Assembly (NCBI RefSeq): GCF_006345805.1
Contig: NW_021829904.1
Location: forward strand, 1 to 34,924
Direction: 5' to 3'
Source: Octopus sinensis
Taxonomy: Eukaryota
DNA length: 34,924 nucleotides
Positions within the stretch are counted from its first letter, which is position 1. Each line of letters begins with the position of its first letter. Positions 1 to 10,989 of this stretch are shown here, one piece after another. The notes under the pieces were generated by a model. That model made no database searches. It was not told where the DNA came from and saw only the letters and a list, made by a program, of their open reading frames with translations. Both the position numbers and the translations under genes were made by a program.

Positions 1-109
1 TATATCTCTTATAGACATCTGAACGCATACAACACATACATGTTCATTTGTGTCTATTATCGTCTATCTCTCTTTCTGTACCGGTCCTATTTTACGTATT
101 GTTTTATCT

Positions 110-210
110 TTTTTTCCTTCCTCCCTTCTTTTTTCGATCTTTCTTTCTTTCTTTCTTTCTTTTTTCCTCCTTTCCTTCCTTTTCTTTCTTTCTTTCATTC
201 TTTCTTTCAT

Positions 211-246
<36 letters not shown>

Positions 247-604
247 TCATTCTTTCTTTCTTTCATTCTTTCTTTCATTCTTTCTTTCTTTCTTTCTTTC
301 TTTCTTTTCTTCTTCTTTTCCTTCCTTCCTTCCTTGCCTCCTCCCTTCATTCTTTCCTTCTTTCTTTCCTTCCTTCCTTCCTTCCTTCCTTCCTTCCTTC
401 CTTCCTTCCTTCCTTCCTTCCTTCCTTCCTTCTCTCTCTCTCTCTCTCTTTATGAGTACACTAACACACAGACACTCCTTTCCTTCCTCTTTTCCTTCGT
501 TCCTTGCTTCCTTGCTTCCTTGCTTCTTTCTTTCCTTCTTTCCTTCTTTCCTTCCTTTCTTCCTTCCTTCCTTCTTTCTTTCTCTTTCTCTTTTTCTCTC
601 TCTT
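110..604. repeat. Polypyrimidine microsatellite array (TTTC)n/(CTTC)n/(CT)n
   Basis: Seen directly; explains the F/L/S-rich ORFs at 40-722. Confidence 0.95.
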
Positions 605-732
605 TATGAGTATACTGACACACACACATATACGAATACATGCATAAACATATGCATATAGTTATAGATGCATATACACATACCGACATACACACACTCA
701 TGCATATCCACACTATCCACACACAACTTTAT

Positions 733-784
<52 letters not shown>

Positions 785-793
785 TTGCATAGT

Positions 794-1091
794 GAAGACG
801 CATGGCTCAGTGGTTAGAGCGTCGGACTCACAATCATGAGGTAGTAGCGAGTTCGCTTCTTGGACCGGACTATCTGTTGTGTTCTTGGGCAAAACTCAGG
901 TGTATAAATGAGTTGTGATGTCACAGGTGCCAAGCTGTATCGGCTCTTTTGCCTTTCCATTGGATAACACCGGTGGCGTGGAGAAGGAAGGCTGGTACGC
1001 ATGGGTGACTGCTGGTCTTCCATAAACAGTCTTACCCGAACTTGTGCCTCTAGGTGCAATCCCATGCTCAAGTATGTCCGAAGGGAGTCTT
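794..1091 (+). mobile_element. tRNA-derived SINE
   Basis: A box TGGCTCAGTGG (803-813), B-box-like GAGTTCGCTTC (849-859), CORE-like TCTTGGGCAA. The tail recurs inverted at ~27062-27105. Confidence 0.8.
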
Positions 1092-1126
1092 GCATACTAT
1101 AGATATAAGCACGGAGTACTCAATAC

Positions 1127-1232
1127 CGTAGAAGTGATTTATAAAAGTTTCTTATTTTGGTCGAGTCAGAATAGGCTCGGAATTTATTTTGTATGCCAAA
1201 ACCAGTAATTTCTTCGAATGGGTGTTTTAACC
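1127..1232 (-). CDS. Candidate exon of uncharacterised multi-exon gene (LKHPFEEITGFGIQNKFRAYSDSTKIRNFYKSLL); may instead read through to the stop at 1120 as a terminal exon
   Basis: Long polypyrimidine tract then tctgcaag| acceptor; donor CG|gtattg; only one open frame; entry phase 1 matches the upstream 17-nt exon. Confidence 0.65.
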
Positions 1233-1599
1233 CTTGCAGAGAAAAAAAAGAAGAAAAAACGAAAAGCGAAAAACGAAACGTACGTGTGTGTGTGTGCGTA
1301 GAAGGAGGAATTAGTAGAGGGAATAATTTTGGAAGGCTTTTTTCTCTGAAATTTTTGTGTTTCGATTTTCGTTCGATAAGGAATTTAAGAAAAAAAAAGA
1401 AAATTGTTTTTTGCGATTTATGATTTAAAAAGTTATGCAAATATTTGAAGAATCGTAATCTTAGATGCTTCAAGCATAAATTTGAAAGGAAAAAAAAAGA
1501 GAGAATTAAAAAAGAAACTTTGTAAAGGAGGTTAAAATTGAAAGATTATGAGTATATAAATGTGTGGGGCGATAACCCCTCCACCAAGAAAGTTATATA

Positions 1600-1680
1600 T
1601 AAATATGTATGTTATATATATACATATGTAATACATATACATATATATATATATACATGTATATATATGCATATACATAA

Positions 1681-1736
<56 letters not shown>

Positions 1737-1834
1737 TCACCCATACACACAGGTAGGTATGTGTGTGTGTGTATCTATATACTTATATTTTGAATTTTAT
1801 TTTCCTGCCTGTACATACATACGTACATACATGC

Positions 1835-1873
<39 letters not shown>

Positions 1874-1920
1874 CATACATGCACACGCACATATATATAT
1901 GTATATATAAATATAAATAT
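1600..1920. repeat. (TA)n/(CATA)n microsatellites
   Basis: Seen directly. Confidence 0.9.
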
Positions 1921-1921
1921 C

Positions 1922-2170
1922 TTTTACATGGTTCACTCATTAGACTGCGACCATGCTGGGGCACCGCCTTGAAAAATTTATAGTTGAATATATCAACCCC
2001 GGTATATTTGTTTTAAAACCTGGTACTTATTCTATTGATCTCTTAGGCCGAACCGCTACTTTACGGGGACGTAAACACACTAACACCGGTGGGGGACAGA
2101 CATAGAAATATGTATATATGATTGATTGATTCTAGTTTCAGCCCACGAGCTGTGGCCATGCTGGGGCACC

Positions 2171-2209
<39 letters not shown>

Positions 2210-2353
2210 GACAGGCTTCCTTCAGTTTCCGTCTACCAAATACGGAGGGTTTGGTCGTCCCGAGTCTATAGTAGAAGACACTTTACGAAGGTGTGACGCA
2301 TTGGGACTGAACCCGGAACCATGTGGTTGGGAGGGAAGCTTCTTACCACACAC
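1922..2353 (-). mobile_element. CORE-type tRNA SINE (family A), composite copy
   Basis: Reverse complement of head GTGGTAAG..GGTTCAGTCCCA, internal TA tract and tail GGCGGTGCCCCAGCATGG; homologous to 10990-11408. Confidence 0.85.
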
Positions 2354-2832
2354 ACGTACACACACGCACGCATGTATTTATGTATAGACATGAACATTGA
2401 CACATGCAAACGTGCATTCATATGCCCTCTTGTACTCCCTCAACCTTATACAGGTACACATACACACTGAGATAGACATGTACTCACGTATACACATACA
2501 CACACACGCACACACACACAGACACACACACACACCTCACGTGTGCGCGCGTAAACCGTTTGTTTTAGCTTCTTTTTGTCTTCCATTATTATCACTCCTC
2601 GTCCCACCCCACTCGTGTTTTCGTCCGTTCAATCGCAATAATTTCTTCTCTCTATCCAATATTTCTCCATTTTCCTTCCTTTTCCCATCTCTCAATTTGC
2701 AGTCTCGTCATATATGTATATACTCCATAGTCCGTGTCCTGCTCTCGCATACACACACGGTGTGTGTGTTTGTGTGTATGTGTGTGTGCGTATACGCACA
2801 CACATGCTCATACACACACACATGTATATATT

Positions 2833-3243
2833 CCTTTATTTTTTTACTTGTTTCAGTCATTTGACCGTGGCCATGCTGGAGCTGCGCCTTTAGTCGAATA
2901 AATCGACGCCCCAGGACATATTCTTTGTAAGCTTAGCACTTATTCCATCAGTCACTTTTGCCGAACAGCTAGAGTACGGGGACGTAAACACATCAAGTGA
3001 TGGTAGGGAACAAAAAAACAAACACACGCACACACACACACACACACACGCACACACACACATATACGATGGGCTTTTTTCAGTTTCTATCTACCAAATA
3101 CACTCACAAGGCTTTGGTCGGCCCGAGGCTATCGAAGAAGACACTTGCCCAAGGTGCCACGCAGTGGGACTGAACCTAGAACCATGTGGTTGGGAAGCCC
3201 CACCTGCGCCTATAGCTTCTAACGACACAGTCACGCCTGCGCC

Positions 3244-3245
<2 letters not shown>
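2833..3245 (-). mobile_element. CORE-type tRNA SINE (family A)
   Basis: Full-length match to 10990-11408 including CCTTGGGCAAGTG. Confidence 0.9.
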
Positions 3246-3276
<31 letters not shown>

Positions 3277-3464
3277 TATTAGAGAATATTAGTTCCAAGT
3301 GCACAGCAATGAGATATTCAAATTGAAGGTACTAAAGTGAACTTCTCTCGATATTTTATTCATATCTATAAAAGTAATTTTAGAGACAGAACCATCCTCA
3401 ACTCAATCAATATTGAAAGATATTATACCCGACCGAACCATAAATTATTAAATATGATACTTAC

Positions 3465-3481
3465 TATATCTGTTCAGAATC
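3465..3481 (-). CDS. Candidate 17-nt microexon (ILNRY)
   Basis: gtatag|GATTCTGAACAGATATA|gtaagtat; converts phase 2 to phase 1 as the flanking exons require. Confidence 0.6.
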
Positions 3482-3931
3482 CTATACTCTCCATTTTAAA
3501 GACAATACGTGTTTCATGACAGTATGATGGTATTGTTGAGATATATGGTCTCTAGTTTCAATACTCAATTAGATCGACGTACTCCCAATCTTCAGGTCTG
3601 GATTCTACACGTTTATTACTCTATCTACATCCGATATAACTCTATGATAATTGAAATTATTTTACTACAAATCGTTAACATAACCACAAATAGATAAGTT
3701 AACATTCATTTTGTGCGTTATTTTTATTTTTATTTCGTATTTTTTATTCGTAGTTTTTATTCGTACTTTTTATCCTCTTTATAATTCCTTGAATTTTTAT
3801 TCCTTAAAATTTTAAGGTTCATTCATTATTTTTATTTTTATTTTTATTCATTAATTTGCAAAGTAAAACTGTTAACGACTTGTAGTAAAATAATTATATA
3901 TATATATATTTATATTTATACGGCAACATAC

Positions 3932-4048
3932 CTTCGGTCCTCAACTTCTAAAGGAATCGATGAGTTACCAACGGGACACACGGTGTATCTTGGGTATTTT
4001 AAAACCTGGTCGAGCCGACCCTTCTTCAGATTCGACCGAAGCCAATTT
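3932..4048 (-). CDS. Candidate exon (NWLRSNLKKGRLDQVLKYPRYTVCPVGNSSIPLEVEDR)
   Basis: Strong pyrimidine tract with ttcaag| acceptor; AG|gtatgt donor; 117 nt, phase 2-2, open frame. Confidence 0.75.
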
Positions 4049-5368
4049 CTTGAAGAGAGAGGAGGGGGGGGCCGAGAAAGTGAGAGAAAGAGAAGGCCAA
4101 AGAGAAAGGGTGAGAGGGAGAGAGCGAGAGTACAACCTATCTTAGAACTGGACGGATACTTTATCGACTTCGAAGTGTTGAAAGGTAATGTTAACCTCGG
4201 GGTTACTTAAACTCAGAGCACAGGGAGCCGTTGTATTGCAAGGCAAGGTACCTGACACTCACACCACTCTCCCAGTTTGCTGTATATATGATAACAAGCA
4301 GCTAAGCCCGGTTTCACCCGGTCTGTTTGGATGATGTGGCTGTGATCGTTTTCAGTGAGGCATAATCTATAACAGCATTTCTCAACCATATCATTTCGGG
4401 TCTTGTGTTTCGATTGGAGCCTCCAGCTGTATGAAAATTTCCTGACCCCCACCCCTTGTCAGAAAACAGCTTCAGGAGTTGTGAAGAACGAATTTGTACG
4501 TAGTCTGTTTCTGAGAGCTATTCTATTGGACCTCTTGCTAATAATTAAAACATTGATTTAATTATGAACATAGAAATTATACATTAATCCCTAATTTTCT
4601 ATGCAAATATATGAATGAAAATTAAGTTCAGACCTATACATGGTAGAAATAGCAGCCAAATTTCCCTCGAAACACCCTACTGTCTTAATCCGATAATTCT
4701 GCCTATTATGTAGTTTGAATGAGAAACTGTAACTAAAGATTAAGATTATTAACCCCACAAAGAAGTGAAAGAAGAGAGACAGCATAGCGAAATTGTTGGC
4801 TGACTGTCATCCTGTACTCCCCTTGTTGCTAGCGAATTGGTATATGCCGGCCGTGTGAGCAACTTGTTGTTTTAATGGCGGAACAAACAGGCGAATGCCA
4901 TTAGAAAAGTTTTAATCGATTATCTAGGTAACTATTGGGGCAAGGAAAAAAATACAAACCGCATTCCAATCTATGCATCCGTCTCCATATGTGTGCCATT
5001 TTTATGCAAATCCACCCAGCCATTTGGCTGTGAACCTCAAGACAAGAAAGAATACAACGTTCGCCTCTGTCCAATTCATTTTATAGACTAGATACAGAGG
5101 AAGCTCACAAGAAGATTAATTCGTTGAGTCGAGGTATGTTTTGATAAAAAGCGCTGTAAATCTAAGTAAAACTTATTTGTGGTTACGGGCTGTGATTCCA
5201 GCAATATATATCTTATCTTTTTTGTCTTTTTAATTTGGAGTTACTTTCGCCTAGCCACCTGCCTGGTAGGAAGATTGTGAAGGAAATCATATTGTTCTAT
5301 CTCATTCCTTTAAATCTTAGGTAAGTTTTACAGACTTTAATTGTTGCAGAAATCGCGATCATTTGTAG

Positions 5369-6135
5369 AAGATTACAATAAATCCGCAATTTAGTAACCC
5401 TTAAACTCCGACACATTTCGCGCCAAAAAATGGAAATATTGTGCAACTTATATGTAATATGGATTTTTATTTTTACTTTGAAAAATAATAAAGAAATGCC
5501 AATCTGCTTAATTTATAACGATTGTTTCGTTACTGAATGAGCGTAGCCTACAAAATTTGAAAGACATTTTGCATTAAGTATGTATGTATATAATTGTGTT
5601 GCGTTTGTAATGTCAATCATCTCTTCTAATTAAATTGCGAACTTTGCTTTTTTCTTTAATTTCTTTCAATAATTCTCTCGAATTGGTTGTCATTATGTTT
5701 TTAGGTACGACTACTAACATTATTCTTTGACAAAAGAACTCTCCATAATTCATCTCCAAATAATTTTGTCATTTTTATCACTGAAAAATCTTCACCGATG
5801 CTATATGTCTTTTTTTTATCTCTTGTAATTAAATAAGCAGATTCTCAAGACAATACTTCTGTTTACCGAAAGAATCCGATAGCCTTTCAAAAAATTCTTT
5901 AGATTCACTGCTATTGAAGGAATGTCTTAATGCAAAATGTCTTTCAAATTTTGTAGGCTACGCTCATTCAGTAACGAAACAATCGTTATAAATTAAGCAG
6001 ATTGGCATTTCTTTATTATTTTTCAAAGTAAAAATAAAAATCCATATTACATATAAGTTGCACAATATTTCCATTTTTTGGCGCGAAATGTGTCGGAGTT
6101 TAAGGGTTACTAAATTGCGGATTTATTGTAATCTT
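5369..6135. repeat. 210-bp inverted repeat (5369-5578 / 5926-6135) built from a partial copy of the hAT remnant
   Basis: Arms are reverse complements by eye; 5591-6135 is a diverged direct copy of 9017-9604. Confidence 0.9.
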
Positions 6136-6195
6136 TGAAGTTTGTGGCATTTCTGTCATATCATTATCCGTATTTTCTATGGTTTTATAATCTGG

Positions 6196-6229
<34 letters not shown>

Positions 6230-6241
6230 TGTATGTATGTT

Positions 6242-6660
6242 TGTAAGGTCCCTTCCTGTGAAGAGGAGGTGTTTATCCTCCTTTACCATGAGGGAGGGAA
6301 GTTGAAAAAATTTTTGGACGGCTTGGGTGACCGAGAACGTGTGAACACGGCCTGCCCAAGTAGTCCGTTATGGCCTATGCTGGTAGCTGCGGAGATAGTA
6401 ACGGAAAACATTTTGTCAAAGGTCACAGCGACCTTTGACAAGAAAGAATTTGCTTTCCTCTTTGCAGGCCCCGACTTGTCGTTGCAGAGTTGTCTGCAGG
6501 CGGTAAGTCACTTTGCTTGGGGCACCTGACAAGGAGAATTGTTGTAAATCTATGTGCTGCCCTTGTGGCAAATTAAATGAAAGAAAGTAGCTTGTAAGAG
6601 GTTTTAGTGCCTCCTTCTTGTAAGAGGTTTGAAACCTCATATTGATTTGTAAAAAAAAGA
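6242..6660 (+). mobile_element. Possible degraded L1/Tx1-like LINE ORF2 3' fragment
   Basis: GC-richer island between (TATG)n tracts; peptide ..CPSSPLW..ENIL..F..KEFAFL loosely resembles the L1/Tx1 C-terminus; A-rich end. Confidence 0.3.
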
Positions 6661-6949
6661 AAATATGTTTTCGAGAAAAATCCAATCGGCGGGTGTTGGG
6701 TTTCGTCTCTCATTTATTCATTTTATTTCATTTTCATTCATTAATGTGTTTGTCCAGCCCGCAAAGCTCTTTGTACTGTTTATATGGCAAATTTTATGAA
6801 ATAATGTATGTATGTATGTATGTATGTATGTATGTATGTATGTATGTATGTATGTATGTATGTATGTATGTGTGTATGTATGTATGTAGGTAGGTATGTA
6901 TGTTTGTATGTGTAAGTGTAATGAGCGCTACTCTTTCAGACTAAACAGT

Positions 6950-7255
6950 AAATTTGTGGTAGATTGTGTGTATATACATTTTTATTATATACGTTTTTAT
7001 TATATATATTATATACGTTATTATTATTATTTTTGCAATTTACTTAATCTACATTTTATTGTTATTTTAATTTTAACTTTTCTATTTTATGTCATTTTCT
7101 AGATGGTGTAATTTAATTGTTCATTTTGAATTGATAAAAGGTGGTTTATTTTGTAATTTGTTTATTTATATATTATATTGTGTGAAATTTGATTTAGTAT
7201 TTCTAAATTGAACTTTTTTCCTTGTAAGTTTGGAATTTATTCCCTCAAATAATAA

Positions 7256-7290
<35 letters not shown>

Positions 7291-7351
7291 AAATAGGGTA
7301 ATAAAAATAAATTATTATTATTACCAGTGCTAGGCCACTGGTAATAATAAT

Positions 7352-7352
<1 letters not shown>
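6950..7352 (+). mobile_element. Degraded Penelope-like pLTR remnant plus small hairpin (7311-7352)
   Basis: 7180-7255 resembles the tail at 10830-10895 (..TTTGGATTTATTCCCT); hairpin ATTATTATTACCAGTG/CACTGGTAATAATAAT. Confidence 0.4.
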
Positions 7353-7383
<31 letters not shown>

Positions 7384-7684
7384 ATACATACATACACATT
7401 GCGTCGTTTGTTTTCTTTTGGGGAAAATTATTAGCAAATTGTTTCGTTCAAGAAGTCAAATATAGAATGATCAACAGTAGCTTCTTAGTTGGCTTCTTTA
7501 AAAATCAAATAGAAAATAAATCCTGTTAATACAAAATATTCAAAAAAGCTTATTTTAAAAAAAGATGCGAAAATTATTTTCTTAAAAGAATAGAAAATAT
7601 TGTATCAAAAGCAACATTGCTTCCGAAGAAAAATCAACTTCAAAATTAGCGTTAATATAAAAATAGTAACGAAAATATTTTCAC

Positions 7685-7691
7685 CTGCAGG
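7685..7691 (-). CDS. Candidate 7-nt microexon CCTGCAG (T-C-R across junctions)
   Basis: >30-nt pyrimidine tract ..ttttctttag|CCTGCAG|gtgaaa; converts phase 1 (11495) to phase 2 (4048) exactly. Confidence 0.65.
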
Positions 7692-7842
7692 CTAAAGAAA
7701 AAAAAGTAAATAAAAAGAAAAGAAAGAGAAAATGTGTGCCAAACTTTGTTGCATCCTTTATTTTTCTTTTTACGTCAAGTATAAAAACTAACATTTCTCA
7801 GTTTTTAAATATAAATTTACTGAAAACAGAAAACAATTACTT

Positions 7843-9594
7843 TAGTTAGAAGAATCCAGTTGTTTATTTTTGCCCACCAAATCAAATGTTGGTTTAGTAT
7901 CTGTTAATGATTGTCTGAAAGCAATTACAATGTTCTTAATACTGGATCGATTCCACTCACCTTCGAAATTACTGATTTTCACAAATACTTTCTGACAAAT
8001 GGTAGAAAGGTTTCAAATGCTAATTTCCACAACACTGACAATTCTGCAGCAACACCAAGACCAAAAGCGTTTAAAGATTTCTCAGAGTTGAATCACTCGA
8101 AAGTTCTCCTACATATTCTTCCTATCTCTGTTAGTGTCAGCTGTTTCTCACGCTCTATTTTAACTGAGAATAGATTTTGGTCCAGTTTGATTGGTCATTG
8201 AATAATAATGGCGAAAAGTATTTTTGGTAATTCTATCTAGATTTTCCAAGTGATCAATTATTATTTGCTTGATCAAATCAAAATTCAGTCCATTAAAAAA
8301 AATAAGATCATTTCCAATTTACTCCTTTTCCGTTTTTTATATTTTTATTTCTACATGTTTATATTTTTTTATGGAAACTTGAATTTCAAATTTAAGTAGG
8401 AAAATATTTTTCTTGTTTACTTTTAGAGGCATAAATTTTATTAAGTTTTCCAAAAGCGTCCGACAAACAAAATAATTTGCATAACCAATCATATTTGTGA
8501 AATCAGAATTTTTATCCCGGCAGGAATACTACAGCAATTTTTAAATTCTAATAACCGTTTCGAAGCTCGTTCGTTTGAGAATCATTGCACTCCTGTTCTG
8601 AATAAGTTTGCTGAAATTGGATTCTATTTCATTACAGATATTTGTTAAGAGGAAACTGTTGAAATGATGTCTTTTAATAAACTTAATAATTTCAACTGCA
8701 TCTTGTAACATTGCATTGAGATCTACAGAAATTTCCTTCGACACTAACGTTTCTCGATGAGCCATGCAATAAGTGAAAGTAATACGATTTTTGCTTGCAT
8801 ATTTGACTTTAACTCGAAATTGAATTTTCCTTCCTGTCATAGCCGCTACACCATCAGTAAATACGCCAACGTAGATATTCCATTCAAGGGCAGCTTCCCG
8901 GGAACAATAATCTAATTTTGAAAAATAATTTCACCTGAAGTACTTTCATCTAACGACCTAGAGATCAACAAGTCTGTGTGGATACTGTTCTCGTGACAAT
9001 ATCTGACATATTCCAATAATTGTGTTGCGTTTGTAATGTCAATCATCTCTTCTAATTAAATTGCGAATTTTGCTTTTTTCTTTAATTTCTTTCAATAATT
9101 TGCTCGAATTGGTTGTCATTATGTTTTTAGGTATGACTACTAACATTATTCTTTGACAAAAGAACTCTCCATAATTCATCTCCAAATAATTTTGTCATTT
9201 TTATCGCTGAAAAATCTTCACCTATACTATATGTTTTTTTTATCTCTTGCAATTAAATAATCAGCTTCAAAAGATGCCCTTAAGTATTCCGCTATATCTA
9301 TAATGTGAATATTATTCTCAAGACAATACTTCTGTTTACTGAACGAATCCGGTAGCCTTTCAAAAAATTCTTTAGGTTCACTGCTATAGATGGAATGTCT
9401 TAAAGCAAAATGTCTTTCAAATTTTGTAGGCTACGCTATTTCAGTAACGAAACAATCGTTATAAATTAAGCAGACAGGCATTTCTTTTATTATTTTTTAA
9501 AGTAAGAATCCATATTACAAATACGTTTCACAATACTTGCATTTTTTGGCGCGAAATATGTAGGACTTTGAGGGTTACTACATTGCGGATTCAT
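7843..9594 (-). pseudogene. Decayed near-full-length Buster/Charlie-type hAT transposase (SCAND3/ZBED5/ZBED8-like family)
   Basis: N-terminal KRKYCETYL*YGF..PTKFERHF (BED finger); VFTDGVAAMTG; CxxH as CMAHRETLVSK; DAVEIIKFIK; C-terminal FLPFVRKYL (hATC). Many stops and frameshifts. Confidence 0.9.
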
Positions 9595-9683
9595 TGTAAT
9601 CTTTAAAATTTGTTGCACATGTATGTATGTAAGATATATATATAAATATATATATATATATTTAATATAAAGTAAATAAATCG

Positions 9684-9727
9684 CCACTACAATTGTTTCA
9701 TGTCTTCAAATGACACTCGTCAGGTGG
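9684..9727 (-). ncRNA. Minimal type I hammerhead ribozyme motif (Penelope-type), complete consensus
   Basis: CCAC-CUGACGA-GUGUC[auuugaa]GACAU-GAAAC[AAUU]GUA^GUGG: stem I CCAC/GUGG, 5-bp stem II, palindromic stem III. Confidence 0.8.
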
Positions 9728-9806
9728 ATTTCCGATCTTCTATTCAGTTTTAATTTATAAATACCAGCGATTATAATTATTTTTTTATTCTATCGCAATT
9801 TGATTT

Positions 9807-9809
<3 letters not shown>

Positions 9810-9843
<34 letters not shown>

Positions 9844-9880
9844 TATATATATAGCTATATATATATATATAATATATATA

Positions 9881-9915
<35 letters not shown>

Positions 9916-9951
9916 ATGTATATATATATATATATATATATGATATAGATA

Positions 9952-10033
<82 letters not shown>

Positions 10034-10160
10034 ATATATATGTATATATATATATATATTATTATATATATATATTATAATATATATATTATAATATATA
10101 TATATTATATGTTATATATATATTTATGTATTGTTATATATATATATATATATATATTGG
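9810..10160. repeat. (TA)n-rich microsatellite
   Basis: Seen directly. Confidence 0.95.
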
Positions 10161-10432
10161 AATATTTGGAGATGATGTACAGGTATTTTATATTAGAAGA
10201 AATGAGGTACTCAGAAATTCGGATGGTTTTATATTACAGATATTTAAATGTATATTGCATGTTTTTATTATAAGTTAGATAATATTTAGCGCTTTCTCCC
10301 ATTCTAGTGGGGTTTTCAAATCGAGCTATATATTTATAATATATATAATTTCCATTTTGTTTTTTATTACGTACAGAATAAAAATATCATACCCGTGAAT
10401 AAGAGGCTGAATTTGAAGTGTATATATATATT

Positions 10433-10470
<38 letters not shown>

Positions 10471-10477
10471 ATATATA

Positions 10478-10895
10478 TATATAATATTAATTCGAGACAA
10501 AACCACTATTTTGCAAATCAAACAAGGAAAGACTTAATCAATACATAAAAAAAATTTAATATAAAGTAAATAAATCGCCACTACAATTGTTCATGTCTTC
10601 AAATGACACTCGTCAGGTGGATTTCCGATCTTCTATTCAGTTTTAATTATAAATTAAAACTGAATAGAAGATCGGAAATCCACCTGACGAGTGTCATTTG
10701 AAGACATGAAACAATGTAGTGGCGATTTATTTACTTTATATTAAAATTTTTTATGTATTGATTAAGTCTTTCCTTGTTTGATTTGCAAAATAGTGGTTTT
10801 GTCTCGAATTAATATTATATAATATTTACTATAAAATTGGATTTAATCCTAAATCTGATTTTTTCCCTGTAATTTTGGATTTATTCCCTAATATT
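10478..10895. mobile_element. Penelope-like inverted pLTR pair forming a ~340-bp palindrome (10478-10821) with hammerhead motifs at 10578-10620 (-) and 10680-10722 (+)
   Basis: Near-perfect arms centred at ~10650; a third copy lies at 9661-9760; inverted pLTRs with hammerheads are typical of Penelope-like elements. Confidence 0.75.
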
Positions 10896-10901
10896 TATAT
10901 A

Positions 10902-10968
<67 letters not shown>

Positions 10969-10989
10969 TTCAAATATATATATATATAT

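Noticed and set aside
40-722. Long F/L/S-rich ORFs
   Set aside because: Translation of (TTTC)n/(CTTC)n repeats; open in all frames
794-870. tRNA gene
   Set aside because: A/B boxes continue into a SINE body; no proper acceptor stem
3323-3365. Extra 33-nt minus-strand exon (MNKISREVHF)
   Set aside because: Decent acceptor but poor donor (TTA|gtacct); not needed for frame
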